From Bacteroidota bacterium (GTDB lineage: Bacteria > Bacteroidota > Bacteroidia > AKYH767-A > OLB10): a stretch of DNA of 64,000 nucleotides. A program made the translations under genes and the position numbers. The notes under the pieces were generated by a model, which worked only from the letters and a program-made list of their open reading frames with translations, was not told where the DNA came from and searched no databases. Location of the stretch: positions 259,553 to 323,552 of the forward strand of contig JAGVTU010000024.1 in the NCBI GenBank assembly GCA_019136655.1. Direction: 5' to 3'. Shown piece after piece: positions 18,437-27,082 of this stretch. Numbering within the stretch: position 1 is the first letter of the stretch; each line of letters begins with the position of its first letter.

Positions 18437-19651
18437 CTATTCCTTAAAAGGATTTCGAGGAATCCAGTTTTGTTCGGGTATATGCTTAAGTATGGTCTTA
18501 GCCATCTTATTCATCACCTTATTTTCCAGACGGAAATAGCAATGCAACGGATAAGATTTTGCTCCTACTGTAGTTTTTATTTCCATGGCTGTACGTCCAA
18601 AATACAAATGCTTTGATTTCATTTGTATAGCATCATCAATATAGCTGTATAATATATTCTGATAAAGCTGCAACGAGGTATTCAGCGAATAATCAATACC
18701 TATAAAGTGCGCTTCATGATGACCACCTGCTACATGAAAGCCACTTGTGAATGCCACCAACTTATCCTCTTCAAAAAATGCTTTCAGATAAAAATGCTCG
18801 GGCATTTCTTTTTTAAGGTTAATGAAATAACTGTCAGAAATTTTTATCAGTTGTATTGCTGCCCGCTTTTGAACATTGTCATACAAATGCATAATCTGTG
18901 TTCCATATTCTTTGATTTCTTTTAATGATAAAAATCTTTTTTCTAGATGTGCAGTTTTGCTCAGGCTGTTATTTGCCTTAAGTCTGTACTTGGCAGAAAG
19001 TGATGCCAGATAATCCTGAAAACTTTTCCATTCATCACGAACATAGAAAATCATTTCTGGATCCATAGGAAGTTCAAAGAAATTCTGATGACTTAACACC
19101 AAATCAACAGGAGCATTGTCAAAAAAATCTTTTATCATGCATCCGCAATAAGTGGCATCAGGGAATGAGTGTTTAATTGACTTTATTATTTCAGGCAGCA
19201 ATTCCCCTGTTTCAAAAAGAGTTTCTTTTCCATTTGCACAAATACCATACTCACCGCTAACCAGCAAACTTCCGCAACAAATCAAATAATTGGGTTTTTC
19301 GCTTCCGCATTTAAACATTAATTGATTCAACGGATTGTGCAGATTATTCAAAAGCCAGCCTTTTTCCTTCAGATTAATTACACCATTTAAATCTTTATCG
19401 GCTACGTTCAATATCTGAATTTGCATGGCAGCTATCGGTTCTCCCCTTTTCTCCACTACTACATATCTCATTTGCAAACCGGGTATCTTACTGTTTTCAA
19501 GTGCTTTGAAATAGGCTATGCGCATAAGCATTGCATCGTGCGTAATGCTGCTCCATACATCACAAGGCACTGCTTCAATGGTATTGTAAATTATAAAATC
19601 GTACAGTCCACTCTGAACAAATGGAGTGTTTTGTGTGTTTTTATTTTTCAA
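18437..19651 (-). CDS. hypothetical protein; possibly a FemAB / BioF2-like (Acetyltransf_6) GNAT-fold acyltransferase
   Basis: 404 aa, no signal peptide, two-lobed alpha/beta character, C-terminal 'HFIGIDYS…LYFGRTAMEIKTTVGAKSYPLHCYFR'. Assigned by overall resemblance only. Confidence 0.45.
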   Translation of the reverse strand: MKNKNTQNTPFVQSGLYDFIIYNTIEAVPCDVWSSITHDAMLMRIAYFKALENSKIPGLQMRYVVVEKRGEPIAAMQIQILNVADKDLNGVINLKEKGWLLNNLHNPLNQLMFKCGSEKPNYLICCGSLLVSGEYGICANGKETLFETGELLPEIIKSIKHSFPDATYCGCMIKDFFDNAPVDLVLSHQNFFELPMDPEMIFYVRDEWKSFQDYLASLSAKYRLKANNSLSKTAHLEKRFLSLKEIKEYGTQIMHLYDNVQKRAAIQLIKISDSYFINLKKEMPEHFYLKAFFEEDKLVAFTSGFHVAGGHHEAHFIGIDYSLNTSLQLYQNILYSYIDDAIQMKSKHLYFGRTAMEIKTTVGAKSYPLHCYFRLENKVMNKMAKTILKHIPEQNWIPRNPFKE

Positions 19652-19712
19652 GATGAAAGTTTAAAGTGATGTTAAAATAGTTGATGCAGAAAACCAATTC
19701 AATAATTTATTT

Positions 19713-19720
19713 TAATTTTG
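19713..19720 (+). promoter_or_regulatory. candidate -7 box (TAATTTTG) upstream of pepP
   Basis: TAnnTTTG 24 nt upstream of the ATG at 19744. Confidence 0.35.
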
Positions 19721-19743
19721 AACAGCTAAAAGTATAAATAGTT

Positions 19744-21039
19744 ATGAATATTAAATACACTCCCATTGACAGTCGTTTGTTTATTGACAACCGTCAGAAA
19801 TTTAAAAGTCGTTTAAAACCTAAATCCATAGCCATTTTCAACTCAAATGATGAGATGCCCCGAAGTGGTGATACCAATTTTACTTTCAGACAAAATGCCG
19901 ATTTATTTTATTTAAGCGGGATTGATCAGGAAGAAAGTATTTTGATAATATTTCCTGATGCACCGCTGCCGCAATACAAAGAGATTCTTTTTGTTCGCAA
20001 AACAAATCCGCATATAGCTGTTTGGGAAGGACATAAATACACCAAAGAAGAAGCACGTGCTACCTCCGGAATTCAATCTGTTTACTGGACGGAAGAGTTC
20101 AACAGTATTGTACCTATGCTTATGCACCATGCCGATTATGTTTATTTAAACATCAACGAAAATGACCGCCATTATACTGAAGTGCCTTATCGTGATATGC
20201 GTTTTGCAAGAGAATGGAAAAATCGTTTTCCGGCTCATTCAGTAGAAAGGCTTGGTCAGATAATGGCTCAGCTGCGTTCACACAAACATGAGATAGAAGT
20301 TAAATTAATTAAAGAAGCAATAAAGCATACAGAAAGTGCTTTGCGAAGAGTTCTTAAATTTATGAAACCCGGAGTGATGGAGTATGAAGTGGAAGCCGAA
20401 ATTATTCATGAGTTTATCCGCAACCGTTGTTCCGGACACGCTTACAATCCGATTATTGCATCAGGCTATTCTGCCTGTGTGTTGCATTATAACGAAAACA
20501 ACAAGCCTTGCAAAGATGGCGATTTGGTGCTGATGGATTTTGGTGCTGAATACGCCAATTATGCAGCTGACCTTACCCGTACAATTCCTGTGAATGGAAA
20601 ATATTCTCCACGTCAAAAGGAAGTTTACAGTGCTGTGTTGCGTGTGATGCGTGCTGCAACTAAGATGCTCGTTGCCGGAAACTTTATTGAAAAATATCAT
20701 GCTGAAGTAGGCAAGTTAATGGAAGAAGAGTTGATTAAACTAAAACTTATTACAGTTGACGACATCAAAAATCAGGATCCCGACTGGCCTGCTTATAAAA
20801 AATATTTTATGCATGGCACTTCTCATTTTCTCGGTCTTGATGTGCACGATGTGGGCGACAAATACATGGCTATGGAAGCAGGAATGATTTTCACCTGCGA
20901 ACCGGGCATCTATATTCCTGAAGAAAATCTTGGTATTCGTATTGAAAACAACATTTTAATTACCGACCAAGGTCCGGTAGATTTAATGGAAACCATTCCT
21001 GTAGAAATTGACGAAATAGAATCAATCATGAATTCATAA
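19744..21039 (+). CDS. pepP: Xaa-Pro aminopeptidase (M24B family)
   Basis: N-terminal AMP_N domain; C-terminal pita-bread fold with 'DFGAEYANYAADLTRT', 'HGTSHFLGLDVHDVG' and 'EPGIYIPE…GIRIEN' metal ligands. Confidence 0.88.
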   Translation: MNIKYTPIDSRLFIDNRQKFKSRLKPKSIAIFNSNDEMPRSGDTNFTFRQNADLFYLSGIDQEESILIIFPDAPLPQYKEILFVRKTNPHIAVWEGHKYTKEEARATSGIQSVYWTEEFNSIVPMLMHHADYVYLNINENDRHYTEVPYRDMRFAREWKNRFPAHSVERLGQIMAQLRSHKHEIEVKLIKEAIKHTESALRRVLKFMKPGVMEYEVEAEIIHEFIRNRCSGHAYNPIIASGYSACVLHYNENNKPCKDGDLVLMDFGAEYANYAADLTRTIPVNGKYSPRQKEVYSAVLRVMRAATKMLVAGNFIEKYHAEVGKLMEEELIKLKLITVDDIKNQDPDWPAYKKYFMHGTSHFLGLDVHDVGDKYMAMEAGMIFTCEPGIYIPEENLGIRIENNILITDQGPVDLMETIPVEIDEIESIMNS

Positions 21040-21062
21040 CAGATAGTTTTAGTGATAACTAA

Positions 21063-21093
21063 AAGGCTGCAGTTATCTGTCAGCCTTTTTTAT
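21063..21093 (+). terminator. rho-independent terminator after pepP
   Basis: aaggctg / cagcctt stem with loop cagttatctgt, then T6. Confidence 0.7.
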
Positions 21094-21137
21094 TTGAAAA
21101 ACATTTGATTCTTTAATCAAACATTGACTGTAATCTT

Positions 21138-21145
21138 TATATTTG
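21138..21145 (+). promoter_or_regulatory. candidate -7 box (TATATTTG) upstream of the BNR/T9SS gene
   Basis: TAnnTTTG 41 nt upstream of the ATG at 21186. A TTGAC hexamer lies 14 nt upstream of the box. Confidence 0.35.
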
Positions 21146-21185
21146 TTTTATCTAAACCGGGTAATCACCTCTAAAACGTTTAAAA

Positions 21186-23789
21186 ATGAAAAAATTTACA
21201 ACCGTATTACCTCTCTTAGCGCTGTTAATGACCATGTCATTTGAAACAAATGCGCAGCAATGGATTGCACAACCATCCAATGTAAATCCAAACAACTATG
21301 TACAATTTATTGATGCTGTTGACACCAATGTAGTATGGGGTCTTGCTTCTGATCGCAACTCACAGCTAAATCCTGTGCAGGAATTTACAAGAACTACCAA
21401 TGGCGGCAACACATGGACAGCGGGTGTTATCACCAATGCTGCCAATCATGGTCCATCGTGCATTATGGCACTAAATGCCGACACTGCATGGGTTGCAATG
21501 TTTAATACCAGTGGTGGCGGTGGAAAAATTTTACGCACCAATGATGGCGGACAAACCTGGACGCATCAGTCAACAGCTACTTTTTCAGCTCCTGCCGGGT
21601 TTCCTAATGTAGTTCATTTCTTTGATGCAAATGATGGCATCTGTATGGGAGATCCTAATGGAGGATATTTTGAAATTTATACCACCACTGATGGTGGCAA
21701 CAACTGGATCAGAGTGCCTCAGGCAAACATTCCTGCCAATCAGATTGCAGAATATGGCATTACAGATGTTTATACAACTTATGGCGACAGCACATTATAT
21801 TTCGGTACCAATCAGGGCCGCGTTTACAAATCTTCTGACAGAGGTAACAACTGGACTGTAAGCAGTACTCCATACACCGGTTATTTGGGAGCTATAGCTT
21901 TTCGTGATGCAAATTTTGGTCTGGCATGCGAAGCAGATAATGCAACAACTTCTACCAATCTGATTTATACCAATGATGGCGGAACCACCTGGAATCTGCT
22001 GCCTACACAGGCAGGAGGATTTACACTTAAACAATCCATACGTTTTGTTCCGGGCACCGACAGCACTTTTGTCATCACTACACCTTACACCATTTATGGC
22101 TCAGCCTTCAGTGTGGATAATGGAAACAACTGGAAAGTAATGGACAACCTTATTCATTCCGACTGCGACTTCGTAAATGCCACTACCGGTTGGAGTGGCG
22201 GAGGAGAAATAGGTTCGCCTATATACAAATGGACAGGCCCGATGACCATTGCGGCTAACGATGTTGCCATGAAAAGTATTGATGTAAGAAATGCAACGGG
22301 AATCAGCCAGCAAATTCCCAAAGCAACTGTTCTTAATAATGGTTTAACCACACAAACTTTCAACGTTACAATGGAAATTTCAGGCGGATATACTTCTACC
22401 AAATCTGTTAGCGCACTAACTTACAATCAGTGGCAACAGGTAAACTTTGACCCCTGGACTCCCGGTACTACAGGAACTTACACGATTACTGTTTATACTC
22501 AACTCTCCACCGACAGTGATTTGTCGAATGACACACTTTATTCCGTCACTACAACATATAACGAATTGCCAAATTATGGATGGATCAGCAGGCAACCACT
22601 TTCCATTCCAACCTTTGGGCTTGCAACAGGATACATTCGTGTGCCTTCATTACCTGCTGATACCGGTTATTTCTTTGCAACAGGAGGTTCAGATTTTATC
22701 AATATACGAACCAAGCACGAACGTTTTGATGTTCATACAGGCAACTGGCTGAGCTATGCACCTGTTCCTTTGGCAATCATTCAATTCTCAATGCAAAATG
22801 TAAAAAACACTTTATATGCAGCAGGAGGATATACAAGTGGATTCAGCCCTTCACTGAATAATTTTGCATATCACTACCAAACAGACACATGGAATACTAT
22901 TACGGCAATGCCACAACCGGTGGGTGATTATGCGAGTGGCGTTTATTCAGATTCACTGATTTATTATATCGGTGGTTATAGTGGCAATTCTGATTTAAAT
23001 TCTGTACAGATATATAATCCTTCAAACGATAGCTGGTTAAACGGCACACCAAAACCCGGTACAGCATGTGCAGGTTTGCGTGGTGCTATATTTAACAATA
23101 TGATTCTTGTGACCGGAGGATATAGTCAAACTTCACAAAGCTCTCTTGATGAAGCCTGGCTGGGCACTATTGATGCAAATGATGCAACTGTTATCTCATG
23201 GCAGGCACTTCCACCCTATCCCGGAGGTACCATCACACGTTTTGCCGCAGGCAGTGTTTATGCAGATGCACTTCCTTATATCATTTTTACGGGAGGTGAT
23301 CCAACAGGTCAGGGAATTGAAGTGTCTGATGATGTATGGGCGTATGACCTGGTAAACAATCAGTGGTTGATTGGGCCTCCAAAACCAACAGCTTGCAGTA
23401 ACATCAGTAACTTCACAAGTGTAATTTATAATGACAGCATTTATATGGCCATTGCCAGTGGCTACAAAGGCAATAATACACTCTCAAACTCTAACGAATG
23501 GCTTAACCTTGGTCCATCACCATTTGTTTCGGTAAAAGAAATTCCATCAACATCTTCGCAACTGATGCTATTTCCAAATCCAGCTTACGATAAGTTTTCT
23601 TTGGCTTTGCCTAAAGGGATGGATAAGGCACAAATTACTGTTTACAATGCACAGGGAAGCATTGTATTTAACAAGTTGGTTTACCGGAATGAATCTGTTT
23701 CTGTCTCAGGTCTAGCCAGCGGAATTTATCAGGTAAAAGCTGAAAGTAGTGGTCAGACTCTTACTTCGCGACTTGCAATTATCAGGTAA
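21186..23789 (+). CDS. T9SS-secreted protein: N-terminal BNR/Asp-box (Ycf48/sialidase-like) beta-propeller, central Kelch-like repeats, C-terminal Por sorting domain
   Basis: Signal peptide plus repeated 'T[NT]DGG(N/Q)TW', 'SSDRGNNWT' and 'TNDGGTTWN' Asp-boxes. Later 'YAAGGY', 'YYIGGY' and 'LVTGGY' Kelch-like motifs. Ends with '…LFPNPAYDKFSL…GIYQVKAESSGQTLTSRLAIIR'. Confidence 0.75.
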   Translation: MKKFTTVLPLLALLMTMSFETNAQQWIAQPSNVNPNNYVQFIDAVDTNVVWGLASDRNSQLNPVQEFTRTTNGGNTWTAGVITNAANHGPSCIMALNADTAWVAMFNTSGGGGKILRTNDGGQTWTHQSTATFSAPAGFPNVVHFFDANDGICMGDPNGGYFEIYTTTDGGNNWIRVPQANIPANQIAEYGITDVYTTYGDSTLYFGTNQGRVYKSSDRGNNWTVSSTPYTGYLGAIAFRDANFGLACEADNATTSTNLIYTNDGGTTWNLLPTQAGGFTLKQSIRFVPGTDSTFVITTPYTIYGSAFSVDNGNNWKVMDNLIHSDCDFVNATTGWSGGGEIGSPIYKWTGPMTIAANDVAMKSIDVRNATGISQQIPKATVLNNGLTTQTFNVTMEISGGYTSTKSVSALTYNQWQQVNFDPWTPGTTGTYTITVYTQLSTDSDLSNDTLYSVTTTYNELPNYGWISRQPLSIPTFGLATGYIRVPSLPADTGYFFATGGSDFINIRTKHERFDVHTGNWLSYAPVPLAIIQFSMQNVKNTLYAAGGYTSGFSPSLNNFAYHYQTDTWNTITAMPQPVGDYASGVYSDSLIYYIGGYSGNSDLNSVQIYNPSNDSWLNGTPKPGTACAGLRGAIFNNMILVTGGYSQTSQSSLDEAWLGTIDANDATVISWQALPPYPGGTITRFAAGSVYADALPYIIFTGGDPTGQGIEVSDDVWAYDLVNNQWLIGPPKPTACSNISNFTSVIYNDSIYMAIASGYKGNNTLSNSNEWLNLGPSPFVSVKEIPSTSSQLMLFPNPAYDKFSLALPKGMDKAQITVYNAQGSIVFNKLVYRNESVSVSGLASGIYQVKAESSGQTLTSRLAIIR

Positions 23790-23790
23790 G

Positions 23791-24495
23791 TTAGCCGAAT
23801 AAACTTCCCGCATCAAAGGAATTGCTTTTGTTGCAGATATTTTTGAAATCGCACGGATAAGGAATATTGCAATGCTCTCCCTGCTCTACGGAGGGCATTT
23901 GCTTTTTTTGTATAATCTGCTTGGCAGCTTCTATATGTTCTTTTACAAATGCTTGCTGACTGATACACCAATCTTTTACGCTTTCTTCAATAAACAATGC
24001 TTTTACATTGTCTGAGGGCAATTCTTTATAGTCTGGTTTCAGGTGAATGATTGAAAAATCTTCAAGATCATATCCGGCCTGTGTGATGACAAAATATTGC
24101 AACGCTGCATCATTCATATTTGTCTGACTGATTTTAACAGAGCTTTTAACTTCAAAAGCATGAAGCATTCCACTTTTGCGTACAAGAATGTCAAGTGCCA
24201 CTACAACTTCGTTGGCTATAAAAGAAGCCTCGTAAATTACAGATTGTTGTTTGAGCAGCAGCGACTGAGTTTTTCGTGCTGACAAATCATATTCAAATGG
24301 TGTAGCCGGTGAAACATCCACTCCTCCGGGAAATAATTGCTGCGCTAACTTTCCAAAAGTGTGTCCACGGTCGAACTTTGCCTGCTGCTCAGGACTTATG
24401 GGATCGCGATCTTTATAATTAAACTTATAAAAATACAACGACTTAAGACATTGCAGACTTCGGATGTAACTCGATTTGGATAAGACGTATTTCAA
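23791..24495 (-). CDS. DUF2779-like PD-(D/E)XK nuclease (Cas4/RecB-like, with Cys cluster)
   Basis: N-terminal 'LSKSSYIRSLQCLKSLYF' matches the DUF2779 start. 'ALDIL…AFEVKSS' gives the D…ExK core. C-terminal 'EHCNIPYPCDFKNIC' is a 3-Cys cluster that, together with the N-terminal Cys, follows the Cas4-type 4Fe-4S arrangement. Confidence 0.55.
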   Translation of the reverse strand: MKYVLSKSSYIRSLQCLKSLYFYKFNYKDRDPISPEQQAKFDRGHTFGKLAQQLFPGGVDVSPATPFEYDLSARKTQSLLLKQQSVIYEASFIANEVVVALDILVRKSGMLHAFEVKSSVKISQTNMNDAALQYFVITQAGYDLEDFSIIHLKPDYKELPSDNVKALFIEESVKDWCISQQAFVKEHIEAAKQIIQKKQMPSVEQGEHCNIPYPCDFKNICNKSNSFDAGSLFG

Positions 24496-24521
24496 CAGTA
24501 ATTTATTTACTGTAAAAATAA

Positions 24522-25667
24522 TTAATTCAAGGCAGAATAAATCTGTTCACAGATAAATTCAGCAGCATGACCATCACCAAATAAGGGAGGGAAATTCAGA
24601 TTCTTTGATTTTAACTTATTAAATGCATCAATAATACTTTCGGTGTCAGTTCCACCAATAACAGCAGTACCCTGTTCTACCAACTCAACCCATTCTGTTT
24701 CATCTCTCAATATCACACAGGGTTTCTTAAAAAAGTACGATTCCTTTTGTACACCACCTGAATCGGTAATAATCAAATTACATTCTGATTCCAGAACAAT
24801 CATGTCCATAAATGAAACCGGTTCAATAATCTGAATATCGTAGTTACGCTCTAAGCGTTCTGCAAGTTCAGGTTGCAATTGCTGCGGTAATATTTTAGAA
24901 GTACGCGGATGCATTGGAATAACAATTTTCTGCTTATTATTCTCAGCAATATGCAGCAATGCTCTGAAAATTGAATTCAGGTTTTGTGCATCATCTGTAT
25001 TGCTTTCGCGATGTATCGTGCATAAGGTAAACTCACCTGAGGTTAAATTTAAATCAGAAAGTATGGTTGATTTTTGCCCGGCTTCTGCAGCAAAATAAAT
25101 TGAATTGTCATACATCACATCTCCACAATGCACTACCAAAGGGTTGTTGATCGAATAAGGTGCTCTTGCATTTTCAGAAAAACCTTCACGACAGAGGTTT
25201 TCTGTACCGGTACTAGTTGGCGAAAACAACATGGTTGAAACATGATCGCAACAAATACGGTTTATTTCCTCAGGCATCGTTTTGTTGAAAGAACGCATAC
25301 CGGCTTCTACATGAATAACAGGTATGTGCATTTTAGCAGCAGTTAATGCAGCAGCCAACGTTGAATTGGTATCACCATATACCAATACGCCCTGCGGTTT
25401 TTCTTCTTCCAAAACAGGTTCAAGCAAACGCATGATTTCAGCAGTTTGCACTGCATGACTTGCAGATCCTACATTGAGATTGTAATCCTCTTTCGGAATT
25501 TTCAGCTCGTCAAAAAAAACAGCAGACATATTATGGTCGTAATGCTGACCGGTATGCACAATCACTTCTTTTATTCTATCAGAGAAAGAAGTTCTCACTG
25601 CCCTGCTGATGGCAGCAGCTTTTATAATCTGCGGACGAGCGCCTATAATGGTTATTATTTTTATCAC
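24522..25667 (-). CDS. wecB: UDP-N-acetylglucosamine 2-epimerase (non-hydrolysing)
   Basis: MIKIITIIGARPQIIKAAAISRAV…, 'HTGQHYD', 'YGDTNSTLA', 'HVEAGMRSF'. Confidence 0.9.
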   Translation of the reverse strand: MIKIITIIGARPQIIKAAAISRAVRTSFSDRIKEVIVHTGQHYDHNMSAVFFDELKIPKEDYNLNVGSASHAVQTAEIMRLLEPVLEEEKPQGVLVYGDTNSTLAAALTAAKMHIPVIHVEAGMRSFNKTMPEEINRICCDHVSTMLFSPTSTGTENLCREGFSENARAPYSINNPLVVHCGDVMYDNSIYFAAEAGQKSTILSDLNLTSGEFTLCTIHRESNTDDAQNLNSIFRALLHIAENNKQKIVIPMHPRTSKILPQQLQPELAERLERNYDIQIIEPVSFMDMIVLESECNLIITDSGGVQKESYFFKKPCVILRDETEWVELVEQGTAVIGGTDTESIIDAFNKLKSKNLNFPPLFGDGHAAEFICEQIYSALN

Positions 25668-25777
25668 AACAAAACTATCTGGTGCACAAATTTATCTTTT
25701 TACACTTTATACAATCAGTATGCAACAACATTCTCCGGCAATTCCTCATTCATATATCAAATTGCATTCTTTCTAAG

Positions 25778-27076
25778 TTAACTTACTATTCTGTCCAATA
25801 CCTGTACAAGTTTTTCTGTTAATGCTCTACGGCTATACTTTTCAACATTTACTGATGAAGTATTTAACCTGTGCTGCAGGTATTGCATATAGTAATCTCT
25901 GACTATTTTCTTCAATGAATTTACATCATCATAATCAACAGCTTTTCCGCACTGTGTTTCATTGACAATTTCAGCAGCATCGCCATCCACAGGGCCTATA
26001 CATATTACAGGTCTTCTTGCAGCCATATATTCAAACAGCTTCCCGGTGAGTACACCTTTGGCATTATGTGTACGGTTAATTACCAATAACAAAATCTGTG
26101 ATTGTCTCTGTACTTTTACCACATCATCATGATTCAGATAGTCTGTAAACTTTACGTAAGTGTGCAATCCAAATTGCGTTAACGATTCCTGCACTGCAAC
26201 ATCTACCTTCCCTACCAATTTTAAAAGTAAATGACTCTTCAAACCAGACTCTTCTTCCAACAACTCACTTAACGCCTTCCACAATGCCACAGGGTTTCTT
26301 GTTTTCACCATTGTACCAACATGTGCAATACTGAATTCTGTATCCGGAACAACATTCTCCTTTGTAATATCATCATCGTCATATCCATTGGTTATGCAAT
26401 CAATATCACGACTGACAAGAGTTGCAAACTCCTCTTGCATGGTTTTACCTACCGTTACTACAGCATCTGCATAAGATATTACTTCGCGCTCCAAACGTTG
26501 GTGCTTTCTGTCGGCACGCGCTGTTAGCTTTAAATCCTTATAATAATCAATCTTTGTCCAAGGATCACGAAAATCAGCAAGCCATGGAATACCTGTCAGC
26601 TTTCTAAGTTTCATCGCAATTAAATGACAGCTATGCGGAGGGCCTGTACTCACTAAAGCATCAACCTTATTCTGTGTAAGCCATTTTTGCAATTTGTTTA
26701 CAGAAGGTTTAATCCACAACATTCGTGCATCAGGGATAAAAAAATTTCCTCTTATCCAAACTGCAATATTTTGCAATAAACTGTTCTTCTTTTTCTCTGT
26801 AAGAAAACCTGCATGTATCTTCTCTTTTTTTCCTCGGCCAATAAATAATTTATATAACAGATAAGGCTCTTTGATGGGTTCCCTGATTATTTCAATTCCG
26901 TCAGGTACATCTTTCAGCAATGAGTTATCTCTCTCAGGAAATTCACCATCTTCTACTGTGAACACTACAGGCTCCCAGCCATATTGCCGAAGATATTTCA
27001 CAAACTTCAGCCATCGCTGCACACCTGCACCTCCGCTGGGTGGCCAGTAATACGTAATGACTAAGACCTTTTTCAA
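25778..27076 (-). CDS. family 4 (GT-B) glycosyltransferase
   Basis: MKKVLVITYYWPPSGGAGVQRW… N-terminal donor/acceptor lobe. C-terminal 'LLLVINRTHNAKGVLTGKLFEYMAARRPVICIG' EX7E-like region. Confidence 0.8.
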   Translation of the reverse strand: MKKVLVITYYWPPSGGAGVQRWLKFVKYLRQYGWEPVVFTVEDGEFPERDNSLLKDVPDGIEIIREPIKEPYLLYKLFIGRGKKEKIHAGFLTEKKKNSLLQNIAVWIRGNFFIPDARMLWIKPSVNKLQKWLTQNKVDALVSTGPPHSCHLIAMKLRKLTGIPWLADFRDPWTKIDYYKDLKLTARADRKHQRLEREVISYADAVVTVGKTMQEEFATLVSRDIDCITNGYDDDDITKENVVPDTEFSIAHVGTMVKTRNPVALWKALSELLEEESGLKSHLLLKLVGKVDVAVQESLTQFGLHTYVKFTDYLNHDDVVKVQRQSQILLLVINRTHNAKGVLTGKLFEYMAARRPVICIGPVDGDAAEIVNETQCGKAVDYDDVNSLKKIVRDYYMQYLQHRLNTSSVNVEKYSRRALTEKLVQVLDRIVS

Positions 27077-27082
27077 TAATAA

